Positions 49,725 to 64,000 of a stretch of 64,000 bases of DNA are shown one piece after another (the stretch's first letter is position 1; every line of letters starts with the position of its first letter). The position numbers and the translations under genes are program-made. The notes beneath the pieces were generated by a model. The model was not told where the DNA came from, searched no databases, and worked only from the letters and a program-made list of their open reading frames with translations. The stretch spans positions 61,070,001 through 61,134,000 of the forward strand of contig NW_027361732.1 of NCBI RefSeq assembly GCF_039654945.1. The letters run 5' to 3'. The stretch comes from Dendrobates tinctorius. Lineage: Eukaryota.

Positions 49725-52558
49725 TATATATTCCCCTTTAGTCAGGTGCCATGTAATGAGGTGCATGAGTACTTACGTAAACACCACCATATGGTCGCTC
49801 CCCTCTCGCCGTCATCAATAACAGTGCATTGCCTTTTTAAAGAGCTAAAGAATAAATAAATAGTGCCCCCAATCCACCTAATGTTTAAAAATGCATTGAG
49901 TGTAAGCTGTATTTTAGGGATAAGTGAACGTGCTTGGTGATACTCAGATATGACTCGAGTATCTGAGTGATTGGATGTGCTCATCACTTGGTGATATTTA
50001 GCTAGAGCTCAGTTTAAAACTTGAAATCCAGCTCTGCATGTTTGGCACCAGTTACACAGCTAATACGCATGGGGGATTGCCTTAATGTCACATAGCCATT
50101 TTGGTAGTGGCATTACTGTGATTGGCTGACTGTGTGACATCAAGACTGGTTGTAAAAAGACAGGGGCCACCAGCCTTGGCACACTGACGCCATTGCACAG
50201 CCTTGTGACAGTTGTTTTTGGAGGGAGAGAGTGCTTGTCCAGGCACATTTGTGTACAGTTTAACAAATCAGAGTCCTGTAATGTTGATACTGGTGCTGCA
50301 ACTGAACAATCATTCTCACAGTCCTTGTAAGGGCTAATTTTGTGCTTTGCTGGTTGTAACAGATAAAATCTGCATTTAGCCTAGGGAGAGAGAGTTGCCG
50401 GAACAGGGAAAGTGGCTGAATACTGTCTCTAGGCAAGGATTAGGGCTCTGTAGTCCATTGTTAAATAAATAGTTGCCACAGTTGACCACATTTTTGTTTT
50501 TTAGGTTATAATATGTACTATATTGTCATCCATAGAGTATTAGATGCTTTGTGGAACATTTCTGTGTAATATAACACTACAAAATATCCTTAAAACATTT
50601 ATTCTGGATTCAATTACTCATCCATATATTATTAACTGGTCTGTAGTACATTTCTTTGTTACATAACTGTCCAAAAAAGAGTTTAATTTTTTTCTATATT
50701 CAATTACTTATCCATAGAGCATTATGTGCTCTGCGATAAAGATGGCAGAAACATTCAAAATTCCCAAAGTAATGACCAAAGGAATATCGGAACCAAAGGA
50801 AGCTGGCATGACAGTGGAGGTGGCAGAAGCCTGTAGTCCAGAGCCAATGACTTTCAGGGAATCACTAAGGCCGAATCAAGGCCCAAACCCTAGCCACAGT
50901 CTTCACTGGTCGTGTTCTTGCGTACTGCGTACGGGAGAGCCAGGATCCAAGAACTAGTGAGTGAACTGCTGTGCCTAGACTGGTTGAAAGAGATAAGGAG
51001 GCAAGTCAGGACCAAGGCTTGAGAAATACTATCTGGCCCTCCAGCCATGAGGACCCAACAGTTGGCATCCCAGGGGGAGGTCATTACGCACGACCGGCAG
51101 CGGAGATGGGAGTTCATAGAAGAGTTTGGGACCTGTCCTCACATCTCATTCAATCAATCAGCAGACAGTAGAGATGGAACACTTCCCTCGAAGACTGAAA
51201 GAGCCAATGGCTGGCACCAGGGTCACGTTCCTCAAAATAGAAGGACAAAAACACTAGTATGTGGTGGGTGTAATCCAAGAAGGAAGGGAGCAGGATGAAC
51301 TCTTCTTGAGGAAATAATGGGCCTGGGAGAGGCTCCTTGAGGTATGTTGAGATGGGGCTACTACTACCCCTGAAAGATCATACTGTCATTTGAGTACCCA
51401 CCTCCAAAGCAAGAGCAGGTGATGGTATAGATGACACAGAGTGCTGTTACATTTCAGTGGTATTTATGACTCCAGAAAGGCATTTAAAAAATGTTCTGGA
51501 TTGAATTAGTCATCCATGCACTATTACATGGTTTCTGTGACATGTCGATAGTATATAAAGCTTTAACAAAGAGTTGAAAAATTTGTCAGGTTTCAATTAG
51601 TCATCCATACAGAATTAGGTTCTTTCTGTGACATTTTGGTGATATGTAAGACTTCAAAAAAAGTTTCAAAATTTGTCTGGATTCAGTTAGTCATCCATAT
51701 AGTATTTTGCTGCTTTCCATTACATTATGGTGCTATGCAAGACTCTAAAAAAGTATTCAATTTTTTTTCTGGGTTGAATTAGCAATCCATACAGTGTAAT
51801 GTACTTAGTGGGTGACAAGGCAACAAAGATGGTAGGATCCCACGAGACTCCCGAGGGAGAGAATAGAGCAATATCGGAGCTAAACCAAGCTGGTATGACC
51901 GTAGAAGTGGAAGAAGCCTTTAGTCCGGAACTGGACACTTTCCCAGAACCACTTTCACTACTGTGGTTCTTGCGAACTGCAAATGTGAGAGCCAGGATCT
52001 AGCAACTAGTGAGCGGACTGCGGGGCCTAGACTGTTCGGAAGAGAGAAGGATGTGAGCCAGAACCACAAGGCTGGCAAAATGCTAGCAAGCCCGCTCTCC
52101 AAAAGATACCATCAGTTGGCATACGGGGGGAGGTCATTACATATGACGAGCAGTGGAGATGGGTGTCCATAGAAGAGTTTGGGACCTGTCATCACTAGCC
52201 CTCCATCAGGAACAATGCCTTCACTAAAGAGTTCAGGTACAATGTGCATGTCAGGGGCAGGCTAGAAAAATGCCTATAATATCTAATTTTCTCAATTTCA
52301 GTGCTCTAAAAGTAATCAGTGACCTTCATAGGGATGTAATAAAAGAGAGTACAAATAGTCAGGTGCAAAAAAAAAATCCATTTACTTACCATAAAAGTAA
52401 TAACTCTAAAAATACACACATTTCACAACTCCCGCCAAATAGCCCCCAGTTTTCAACACATAACTATTATTAAAAAGTTAATATAGTGGAAAAGCATAAT
52501 TTTAAGGTACCTAAAGTTGTATTAGACACATATTAATTCAGAAATAGATTTTAAAGGT

Positions 52559-54290
52559 TCACCATAAAAAAACATTTGCATGTGTCAGGCAGATTGCATT
52601 ATGAAATTTTTGACATTCATAATTAGAAAGCCTTCTGTGTCCACTTTCCATGGTGCAGGTGGTGCATCTCCTAATTTTGGGAAGTGGTAGAGTTGGTGGA
52701 TTTTCACTATCATCTTCTGGGTGGAATCTTTTGAGCCAAACTTGAAGACTAGATGGGATACCAATAGTTTTCATACTTCTCCTGCGTAGATCTCCAAGCA
52801 CTAGTTCATGGGCCAATTTTTTCAGATAGGCTCTTCTGTGGAGTGGTTCAAGCTGGTTTTCAAGGTAAATTACTTGTGAATTTATACCACCCAAATTCCC
52901 CATCGTGAAAACTATGACTATTGACCAGCACCTGGAGTTTCTGCTGATGCTGAAAATTAAGCACATCTGATAAACTGTTCCAACACACCCTTTGGTTGCA
53001 TTATAAAATGTAATTATTTCGTTTTTTTGTGCTTCAGATCCAGAATCAGTGGCATCATCATTATAAAGTGCTGAGACAAGAATTACATATTTCCTTTTTG
53101 TGCAGTACATAGGAAACCAAAACCTTTCCATTATTGAATGCAAACATACTGCAGTACTGTTTTCTCCCTTTTACATTCACAAACTGTAGCAGCAATTATT
53201 TTTTTATTTTTTTTAAAGTACCTACACATAAAAGATTCTGCATTTTCAGATAATGAATCTGATCACAATTTGAAAACCAATTGTCAGCTCTTATTTTGTG
53301 ACCCGATCCAAATAAGTGCTCAGCCATTCTTTTCTCAACATCACTGGGCTTGTTGCTGGCATGGTATGGACGTTCTGGCTGTTTTCCTGCATAAATTTCA
53401 AGGTTGTATGTGTAGGTCTTCCAAGCATCAACAAGGGCATAAATTTTAGTTCCGTATTTGCTAGGCTTTAATGGAATGAATTGATGAAATGCACATCTGT
53501 GGCAAAAAACAGGGAGCATTTTGTCAATAGTGATGTTCTCCCCAGGGCAATAGCTTTTCTTACAGTTTTCCACAAATTTTTGGAATAAATCGTGAATCAG
53601 AGCAAGCTGATCATATGTTTTACGTTTCGTTTGGGTACTTCTGCCGTCAAACTGAAGGCAACAAATTTGAATCTTGAATCTTTTTAAACACATAACAAGG
53701 CCAAATTTTTCTATTCCATCACTATTTATACCCCAAAGTCCCTCCAAACTTTGGCGATTTGCCCTATAAGCTCCTGCAAGGTATAACAGCTCAAAAAAAG
53801 CCCTCAGTTCTATTTCATCTATGGGCTTGAAGATTCTGTTTCAGATGAACTTGTCCTTTATAATGTCTATATATTGATTTATGCATGTGACAATAGAATC
53901 CAGAATGTCATCTGTGAATAAACTTTTCCAGCATTCAGCAGCAGTTTTAGTATTCCTTGCTGTTCATTAAAATGCAGGAAGGTGAGTGAGAATGTTTTGA
54001 GGTTCCCTACATTTAGTTTGCATGGGTGGCTTATTGCACCATTTGTTTTTTTTATCTCTTCCCATATAATATGTTCTTTATCTTCTTCATTCTCATCACT
54101 CTCACTATCTGTTTCAGAATCAATTTCACATATTCCATCTCATCACGAGAATCAATCTCACTTTCTTCTCCTCAACCTCAAGCAGTATGGGGTCTCCATC
54201 ATCATCATCATCTAACAGCATCTTCACTTCATCAACATGAAGAGGTGTTGACAATTCACACATTTTCCTCTCCATTTCAGCAGATAATCT
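52559..54290 (-). pseudogene. piggyBac (PGBD4-like) transposase pseudogene
   Basis: PGENITIDKML, KPSKYGTK, ADNWFS, YNATKGCV and a C-terminal Cys-rich RRCTTC..C..CLTH; frameshifted. Confidence 0.9.
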
Positions 54291-55112
54291 GAAGCAAGAA
54301 AGAGAACAATGTGCCTGAGAAGCACACTTTCATTTGTAAAATAACCTTACTTATTTCTATGAAATATCCACAAACGTTGCACTATCCATTCATAAAACAA
54401 GCTAAATTAACAATTGTGATGCCTAAAAACATAAAATACCAACCTTATATAGTGTGACGTTTTCAGGAACAATGTGTCTGAAAAGCCAGAACAGTTATAT
54501 ATGCTCTTTTCAGTCTCTGCAGTACAACTGTGATATCAGGTTTTACCATGCATCAAGAGTCAGGAAGGTATTGGGGTCTGGGATTCCCTGACAATCTGGT
54601 GAGGAGGGAGAAATGCAACTAAAAGAGCTGTGCCTGTCAGATCATTTACTCCTGACAGAGGGCTAGTGATGGGCAGACCCAAATAGTGGGGCTACCACTC
54701 ACAAGAGATCATACTGTCCTTGGGGTTCCCCATCTCCAATGCCAGAGCAGTTACATGGGGCTGTCACTTATTTTACATATCAAGGGCTCTGGCACTACTC
54801 AAAAGCTGGGTCACTTACAGCCCAGGCATCTGGGAATTGGGCTCCAGGAAGCAGATGGAGGCAGTCCCTCCAGACTACCTAGGAAGTGGAAGAAAAAGCG
54901 GACACATGAACATGATCACTGTATTACTCTTTTTAGAATTTTTCAACTACATTTTCAAAATATTTCAGTTCAAAATTTTTTCCTGGATTTAATTAGTTAT
55001 ACAGTTTTATGTGCCTTATGTAAAATTATGGTGGGTTAAAATTTTTAATAAACGCATGGCCTGGTTCAGTTTACTAAATATTTTGCTCCAAAAATTAACT
55101 ATTGTCATATTG

Positions 55113-55797
55113 CCTCAACTCCTGCAACCTCCTACTCTCTGGTTTTCCCTCTAGCACTCTGGCACCACTTTAATCCATCCTACACTCTGCTGCCCGACTA
55201 ATCCACCTGTCTCCCCATTATTTCCCAGACTCTCCTCTCTGCCGAACCCTTCACTGTCTTTCTATCGTTCAGAGGCTCCAATTCAAAACCCTAACTATGA
55301 CATACAAAGCCATCCACAACCTGTCTCTTCCATACATCTGTGACATGATCTCTCGGTGCTTACCTACACGCAACCTTCGATCCTCTCAAGATCTCCTTCT
55401 CTACTCCCCTCTTATCTCTTCTTGCCACAACTGCATACAAGAATTCTCCCGTGCTTCCCCCATAATCTGGAACTCTCTCCCTCAACACATCAGACTCTCG
55501 CCTACCACAGAAACCTTCAAAATTAACCTAAAGACCCACCTCTTCCAACCAGTCTACAACCTGCAGTGATCCTCGGTTAACTGAACCACAGCACGACCAG
55601 CTCTACCCTCTCCTAGTGTATCCTCACCCATCCCCTGTAGACTGTGAACCCTCACGGGCAGGGTCCTCTCTCCTTCTGTACTTGTGTGTGCCTTGTTTTG
55701 CTCATGTTTGTTGTATTGTCTGTATTTGCCCCTTCCACATGTAAAGTGCCATGGAATAAATGGCGCTATAAAAATGTATAATAATAATAATAATAAT
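55113..55797 (+). mobile_element. 5'-truncated L2 (3' end), same family as 23152-28430
   Basis: MTYKAIHNLS..LRSSQDLLL; tail GCCATGGAATAAATGGCGCTAT..(TAA)n. Confidence 0.9.
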
Positions 55798-56099
55798 TTA
55801 TACTGTAGAACAGGCTTTATGTGAAATTTCATTAGTTGGAAATAAAAACAAAAATTGGCCTGCTACAGGTACAGAAATTTGGCTGTTTAAAAATGACTAT
55901 TGTCATATATGCTGTAGAGCTTTCTGTGAAATTTCTTTAGCTTGAAATAAGAACCTAAATTGTTCTGCTTCAGGGGTACAAATTTGGTTGTTCAAAAATT
56001 GACTATTCTCATATATACTGTTGCACTTGGATTGCATGAAATTTCAGTGGTTTGAAATAAAAAGCAAAAATTGTCCTGCTAGAGGTGTACAAATTTAGT

Positions 56100-58935
56100 C
56101 CATTGGTATTCAGTCCCAAGCCGACATTACTTCTAACACTGTGGTGTCCCTTCCTTATACCAGCACATGGCCAAAAACTGATCCTATGCCCTTACCAATG
56201 CAGTAACTGTGATTGGCCACTAAACCACCAACACATAGACAACCACTTTTGGTTAAAAATGTTATTTTTCCCTGATTTAGCACTGGGCCAATATTGTGGA
56301 GGCTGGGGCTGAGTCCCACCCAGGCATGGCACATATGGTACCGATGGCGAGGATTGCTGGCTCTACTTGTATCAGGGTTTCATTCGCCTCTTCAACCAGC
56401 TCCTGCACCCCTCCTGCTCTACCAGTGCAGCAGCAGCACATGCAAGTGCCATCTTACAGACTGGTGTGCAACGTGACCAGGTGCTGGCACTCCATGCTGC
56501 ACATGCTAGCAAGGCTTTGTGAGCAGCAGAGGCCAGTTGTGGAATACCAACTTCCAAACGCCCATCGGTATTCTAGTAAGCCTCCACACATAACAACTGA
56601 AGAGTCAGCATGAATGTCTGACATTTGTGGAGTTCTCCAAGATTTTGTTGACTCCACAAAGATGGTTAGCGGTGATGATGCCATGATCAGCGCAATGATC
56701 CCGTTTCTGTGGCTACTTAAACAGTTGCGGCTGACAATTAAACATGAAGTTTTGCATGCTGACCAGGTGGAGATGGAGCAAGACATGAGACCTAAAGGTG
56801 CTATCCAGCCCAACCTCATCTTATTTGCTCATCAATGATTGGTGAACAACAATGAGAACATGGAGGCTGAGGAACAGAAGCTAGCTAAAAAAGAGTCTAG
56901 TAGCCACACAGGCATTGTCCTGTCTCTCCTATGTGGATGGGCTGAGGAGGGGCATGAGTAGAAAAAAAGGGAGGAGAAGTAGATTGAGAGTAGTCATCAT
57001 GGTGAAGACAGGAAACTCTTGGCTGCATGGATTTTGGCATATATTGCAGACTTTATGTTCTGCTGCCTTTCCTGTTACCCTCGCATTACATTTATCTTGG
57101 CCAAAAACAGTACTGCTGGTTCAGCCTGCTACACCCATGCTGCTAGGAGAACTTTGCATATCTTCTTCCTGATGTGGAGAGATTGTCAAAATGGTACTAT
57201 GCCAGATGGCCATTGAGGAAAATATGTTGAAAAAATCAGACAACGCAAGCAGCAGGGGCAAGCTTCCTTGCCCAAACAAGGAGGAGATGCAAGGGAAGAC
57301 ACTAACCAGGAACAGCAGAGGCAGAGGTACACTGTCAAAGGCCTGGAACAATTTCATGACACCCTTCCAGCATCCAGGCTCTGATGGCCAAATATTTATG
57401 ACAAGGAGGGAAAAGTTTGTAACCCCTTACTGCCAGCTGACGGAATAATACGTCAGCTGGCAGTATCCCCCGCTTTGAGGTGAGCTCCGGCGGTGAGCCC
57501 ACCTCAAAGCTGCGACATGTCAGCTGTTATAAACAGCTGACATGTGCCCACAATAGGAGCAGGTGGAATCACGATCTGCCCGCGCCTATTAACTAGATAA
57601 ATCCCACTGTCAGCGGGCATTTAGCTAGGGCTTCCGGCGCGCAGCCAAAAATGAGCGCATCGCCGACCCCGTCATGTGATCAAGGATCAGTGACGCTTTG
57701 CCATAACAACCTGAGGTCTCCACGAGACCTCTATGGTTGTTGATGGCAGATTGCTATGAGCGCCACCCTGTGGTCAGTGCTCATATCAATGATGTAGTTC
57801 TACTACATAGAGGTGATCTATGCATCACCTCTATGTAGCAGAGGCGATCATACTATGGCAGCTTCTAGCCTCCTATGGAGGCTATTGGAGCATCCCAAAA
57901 GTAAAAAAAAAGCGTTTAAAAATAAAAAAAAATAAAAGTTTAAATCACCCCTCTTTCACCCCAATCAAAGTAAAACAATAAAAAAGCAAACCTACACATA
58001 TTTGGTATCTCCGAGTTCAGAATCGCCAGATCTATCAATAAAAAAGGTCTAATTTGATCGCTAAATGGAGTAGTGCAAAAAAAAAAATCTAAAAATGCTA
58101 GAATTACGTTTTTTTTTGGTCACTGTGACATAGCATTAAAATGCAATAACGGGCGATCAAAAGAACATATCTGCACAACCGTGCTATAGTTAAAAACGTC
58201 ACGTTGGCTCGCAATAAATAAGCCCTCACCCACCCTGAGATCACAAAAAATGGAAAAGCTACAGGTCTCGGAAAATGGCACAATTTTTTTTTTAGCAAAC
58301 CTTGGAATTTTTTTTCACCACTTAGCTAAAAGAGAACCTAGACATGTTTGGTGTCTATGAACTCGTAATGAACTGGAGAATCAAAATCACAGGTCAGTTT
58401 TAACATTTATTGAACCTAGCAAAAAAGCCAAGCAAAAAACATGTGTGGGATTTTTTGCAATTTCACCGTACTTTGAATTTGTTTCCTATTTTAGAGTACA
58501 CTACATGGTAAAAACAATGGAGTCATTCAAAAGTACGACTCATCCCAGAAAAAATAAGCCCTCACATGGCCATATTGACGGAAAAATAAAAAAAAATATG
58601 GCTCTGGAAAGAAGAGGAGCGAAAAACAGAAATGCAAAACCGAAAAAAGCTCCAGGAGTTAAGGGGTTAAAGATTTTCAGGCAATACCTAGATGACAAAA
58701 TCATCATACTCCATAATTCTTCTGCAACTTTCAGCTTTTGGGTCTCAATGCTGAACACCTGGCATGAATGCCTTTGATGTGCTTTGCTGCCCTTCTTCTA
58801 GTGTCTTTTATGAGAGTTTTCAGTGCCATTGGGGGAATCATACAGGCCTTCTCTGATAACAATGAACAAAGCCTGGATTAGACCCGACCTTTCCATACCA
58901 CCAGACGACAGCAGCACATAAAGTGCTTTTAATGT
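56100..58935 (+). pseudogene. Decayed hAT transposase homologous to 13-1374, split by a piggyBac MITE
   Basis: RLVCNVTRCWHSMLHMLARLCEQQRPVVEYQL aligns with RIICDLPTRWNSTLHMLERLCEQQAAVMEYQL; FSFWVSMLNTW follows the insertion. Confidence 0.88.
57423..58666. mobile_element. Non-autonomous piggyBac
   Basis: (G)TAA|CCCCTTAC...GTTAAGGGG|TTAA; internal palindromes at about 57800-57890. Confidence 0.85.
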
Positions 58936-59905
58936 TCAATATTTGAATGATGCCCGCCAGTTGTTGCCTTCTAGGGATGACCCTACTTATAATTTTTCCG
59001 GACTTTGAACTTTGTGCAAAGCATTTATGAGTGTAGAAGAACCACAAATACACTTTTTAATTTTTTATGAGGCATTCCAGTTGGTACCTGCAAGGGTGTA
59101 TGGATGACACTGCTTGTAATTATTGGCAGGCTTTGTATTGTTTGCAGAGCTTTTATGAGTGTATTACGAGTAACACAACTACACTTTGTTCAAGATATTT
59201 GAATGAGAGACTACAGTTGGTGCCTTCAAGTGTGTATGAATGCCTTTTCTTGCAAATTTTGACAAAATTTGCACTTTTTAAGACTAGGAGTACCACTACA
59301 TTACAATTAGAGCAGAATGTGTATGAGGCCCTCCTTAATGTCTAATACAGGGTGTATTTGAGTTCTTATTTTTTTGGCACTTCTTGCTTCCTTCATAAAT
59401 TACACTGAGATTTCAAATTATTTATTTAAAAATCAATCTTTTTTAATTAAATTATATATATATATATAATTATGTATATATATTTTTTGAATCCTTTTTA
59501 AATTATACAGGAAAAAAAGTTAAACTTTTTTTACTGTAAGCTCCAATTTCTCTTTGATTTTGAATTGTTTATTGTAAGTCCTTAAATTGGAGTAAAAGTA
59601 TGACACTATTGTTCCCAGCAGCAATCTGGGAGTCTCAAATGCTTCCAGGAGTCTTCTCCATGCTGTTCCCCTTCGATTTAGTACATTTTCCCTCCATTTC
59701 AACATTTTCACTAGCCTCCAAACCTCCTTATAGAGTCTGCTAGAAAAATGCTTGGATTTCCCATTGACTCCCATTTCACTCTTTACTCGAAACGAGAATC
59801 TGAGAATTAGGAATTGCTTAGTTCGATCAACAAGCATTCGAGTATTTTAGTGCTCGCTCATCTCTACTGTATTGGCCTTATTCCAAATGCTAAGTTAGTC
59901 CACCA

Positions 59906-62900
59906 TGATTGGCTGACTGTGTGACATCAAGACTGGTTGTAAAAAGACAGGGGCCACCAGCCTTGGCACACTGATGCCATTGCACAGCCTTGTGACAGTT
60001 GTTTTTGGAGGGAGAGAGTGCTTGTCCAGGCACATTTGTGTACAGTTTAACAAATCAGAGTCCTGTAATGTTGATACTGGTGCTGCAACTGAACAATCAT
60101 TCTCACAGTCCTTGTAAGGGCTAATTTTGTGCTTTGCTGGTTGTAACAGATAAAATCTGCATTTAGCCTAGGGAGAGAGAGTTGCCGGAACAGGGAAAGT
60201 GGCTGAATACTGTCTCTAGGCAAGGATTAGGGCTCTGTAGTCCATTGTTAAATAAATAGTTGCCACAGTTGACCACATTTTTGTTTTTTAGGTTATAATA
60301 TGTACTATATTGTCATCCATAGAGTATTAGATGCTTTGTGGAACATTTCTGTGTAATATAACACTACAAAATATCCTTAAAACATTTATTCTGGATTCAA
60401 TTACTCATCCATATATTATTAACTGGTCTGTAGTACATTTCTTTGTTACATAACTGTCCAAAAAAGAGTTTAATTTTTTTCTATATTCAATTACTTATCC
60501 ATAGAGCATTATGTGCTCTGCGATAAAGATGGCAGAAACATTCAAAATTCCCAAAGTAATGACCAAAGGAATATCGGAACCAAAGGAAGCTGGCATGACA
60601 GTGGAGGTGGCAGAAGCCTGTAGTCCAGAGCCAATGACTTTCAGGGAATCACTAAGGCCGAATCAAGGCCCAAACCCTAGCCACAGTCTTCACTGGTCGT
60701 GTTCTTGCGTACTGCGTACGGGAGAGCCAGGATCCAAGAACTAGTGAGTGAACTGCTGTGCCTAGACTGGTTGAAAGAGATAAGGAGGCAAGTCAGGACC
60801 AAGGCTTGAGAAATACTATCTGGCCCTCCAGCCATGAGGACCCAACAGTTGGCATCCCAGGGGGAGGTCATTACGCACGACCGGCAGCGGAGATGGGAGT
60901 TCATAGAAGAGTTTGGGACCTGTCCTCACATCTCATTCAATCAATCAGCAGACAGTAGAGATGGAACACTTCCCTCGAAGACTGAAAGAGCCAATGGCTG
61001 GCACCAGGGTCACGTTCCTCAAAATAGAAGGACAAAAACACTAGTATGTGGTGGGTGTAATCCAAGAAGGAAGGGAGCAGGATGAACTCTTCTTGAGGAA
61101 ATAATGGGCCTGGGAGAGGCTCCTTGAGGTATGTTGAGATGGGGCTACTACTACCCCTGAAAGATCATACTGTCATTTGAGTACCCACCTCCAAAGCAAG
61201 AGCAGGTGATGGTATAGATGACACAGAGTGCTGTTACATTTCAGTGGTATTTATGACTCCAGAAAGGCATTTAAAAAATGTTCTGGATTGAATTAGTCAT
61301 CCATGCACTATTACATGGTTTCTGTGACATGTCGATAGTATATAAAGCTTTAACAAAGAGTTGAAAAATTTGTCAGGTTTCAATTAGTCATCCATACAGA
61401 ATTAGGTTCTTTCTGTGACATTTTGGTGATATGTAAGACTTCAAAAAAAGTTTCAAAATTTGTCTGGATTCAGTTAGTCATCCATATAGTATTTTGCTGC
61501 TTTCCATTACATTATGGTGCTATGCAAGACTCTAAAAAAGTATTCAATTTTTTTTCTGGGTTGAATTAGCAATCCATACAGTGTAATGTACTTAGTGGGT
61601 GACAAGGCAACAAAGATGGTAGGATCCCACGAGACTCCCGAGGGAGAGAATAGAGCAATATCGGAGCTAAACCAAGCTGGTATGACCGTAGAAGTGGAAG
61701 AAGCCTTTAGTCCGGAACTGGACACTTTCCCAGAACCACTTTCACTACTGTGGTTCTTGCGAACTGCAAATGTGAGAGCCAGGATCTAGCAACTAGTGAG
61801 CGGACTGCGGGGCCTAGACTGTTCGGAAGAGAGAAGGATGTGAGCCAGAACCACAAGGCTGGCAAAATGCTAGCAAGCCCGCTCTCCAAAAGATACCATC
61901 AGTTGGCATACGGGGGGAGGTCATTACATATGACGAGCAGTGGAGATGGGTGTCCATAGAAGAGTTTGGGACCTGTCATCACTAGCCCTCCATCAGGAAC
62001 AATGCCTTCACTAAAGAGTTCAGGTACAATGTGCATGTCAGGGGCAGGCTAGAAAAATGCCTATAATATCTAATTTTCTCAATTTCAGTGCTCTAAAAGT
62101 AATCAGTGACCTTCATAGGGATGTAATAAAAGAGAGTACAAATAGTCAGGTGCAAAAAAAAATCCATTTACTTACCATAAAAGTAATAACTCTAAAAATA
62201 CACACATTTCACAACTCCCGCCAAATAGCCCCCAGTTTTCAACACATAACTATTATTAAAAAGTTAATATAGTGGAAAAGCATAATTTTAAGGTACCTAA
62301 AGTTGTATTAGACACATATTAATTCAGAAATAGATTTTAAAGGTTCACCATAAAAAAACATTTGCATGTGTCAGGCAGATTGCATTATGAAATTTTTGAC
62401 ATTCATAATTAGAAAGCCTTCTGTGTCCACTTTCCATGGTGCAGGTGGTGCATCTCCTAATTTTGGGAAGTGGTAGAGTTGGTGGATTTTCACTATCATC
62501 TTCTGGGTGGAATCTTTTGAGCCAAACTTGAAGACTAGATGGGATACCAATAGTTTTCATACTTCTCCTGCGTAGATCTCCAAGCACTAGTTCATGGGCC
62601 AATTTTTTCAGATAGGCTCTTCTGTGGAGTGGTTCAAGCTGGTTTTCAAGGTAAATTACTTGTGAATTTATACCACCCAAATCCACCATCGTGAAAACTA
62701 TGACTATTGACCAGCACCTGGAGTTTCTGCTGATGCTGAAAATTAAGCACATCTGATAAACTGTTCCAACACACCCTTTGGTTGCATTATAAAATGTAAT
62801 TATTTCGTTTTTTTGTGCTTCAGATCCAGAATCAGTGGCATCATCATTATAAAGTGCTGAGACAAGAATTACATATTTCCTTTTTGTGCAGTACATAGGA

Positions 62901-64000
62901 AACCAAAACCTTTCCATTATTGAATGCAAACATACTGCAGTACTGTTTTCTCCCTTTTACATTCACAAACTGTAGCAGCAATTATTTTTTTATTTTTTTT
63001 AAAGTACCTACACATAAAAGATTCTGCATTTTCAGATAATGAATCTGATCACAATTTGAAAACCAATTGTCAGCTCTTATTTTGTGACCCGATCCAAATA
63101 AGTGCTCAGCCATTCTTTTCTCAACATCACTGGGCTTGTTGCTGGCATGGTATGGACGTTCTGGCTGTTTTCCTGCATAAATTTCAAGGTTGTATGTGTA
63201 GGTCTTCCAAGCATCAACAAGGGCATAAATTTTAGTTCCGTATTTGCTAGGCTTTAATGGAATGAATTGATGAAATGCACATCTGTGGCAAAAAACAGGG
63301 AGCATTTTGTCAATAGTGATGTTCTCCCCAGGGCAATAGCTTTTCTTACAGTTTTCCACAAATTTTTGGAATAAATCGTGAATCAGAGCAAGCTGATCAT
63401 ATGTTTTACGTTTCGTTTGGGTACTTCTGCCGTCAAACTGAAGGCAACAAATTTGAATCTTGAATCTTTTTAAACACATAACAAGGCCAAATTTTTCTAT
63501 TCCATCACTATTTATACCCCAAAGTTCCTCCAAACTTTGGCGATTTGCCCTATAAGCTCCTGCAAGGTATAACAGCTCAAAAAAAGCCCTCAGTTCTATT
63601 TCATCTATGGGCTTGAAGATTCTGTTTCAGATGAACTTGTCCTTTATAATGTCTATATATTGATTTATGCATGTGACAATAGAATCCAGAATGTCATCTG
63701 TGAATAAACTTTTCCAGCATTCAGCAGCAGTTTTAGTATTCCTTGCTGTTCATTAAAATGCAGGAAGGTGAGTGAGAATGTTTTGAGGTTCCCTACATTT
63801 AGTTTGCATGGGTGGCTTATTGCACCATTTGTTTTTTTTATCTCTTCCCATATAATATGTTCTTTATCTTCTTCATTCTCATCACTCTCACTATCTGTTT
63901 CAGAATCAATTTCACATATTCCATCTCATCACGAGAATCAATCTCACTTTCTTCTCCTCAACCTCAAGCAGTATGGGGTCTCCATCATCATCATCATCTA
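59906..64000 (+). repeat. Near-identical direct duplicate of 50119-54214 (offset 9787/9786), including a second piggyBac pseudogene copy
   Basis: Identical ORFs at 50724/60511 and 53138/62924; only a few differences visible. Confidence 0.97.

Larger units (their letters stand above)
49915..59866 (+). mobile_element. Old ~9.95-kb hAT element with both ends and nested insertions
   Basis: TAGGGATAAGTGA...TCGCTCATCTCTA; 8-bp TSD CTGTATTT / CTGTATTG (7 of 8 match); transposase remnant inside. Confidence 0.75.

Noticed and set aside
52559-53747. Functional PGBD gene
   Set aside because: Frameshifts and degenerate catalytic motifs

Overview
This is repeat-dense vertebrate DNA, made almost entirely of nested transposable elements. 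The transposon families suggest an anuran (frog) genome, which is an inference from family recognition. The only long intact ORF is the C-terminal part of a hAT transposase (13-1374). The window also holds decayed hAT, Tc1/mariner and piggyBac transposases, a near full-length CR1, an L2 split by a solo LTR, a head-to-tail Helitron dimer, and many TTAA (piggyBac) and TAA/TTA (PIF/Harbinger) non-autonomous elements. It contains two N-gaps and a 9.8-kb-offset near-identical duplication at the right end. Most notable: (1) an array of about 21 covarying stem-loops downstream of the hAT transposase stop codon; (2) a Harbinger MITE family carrying telomeric TTAGGG arrays, present twice with clean TSDs; (3) a solo LTR inserted exactly at the G|P position of a degenerate 2A-like motif of the L2; (4) a tandem Helitron whose minisatellite is a G-quadruplex array. 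A few weak host-exon candidates lie on the minus strand. No CRISPR, rRNA or tRNA was found.
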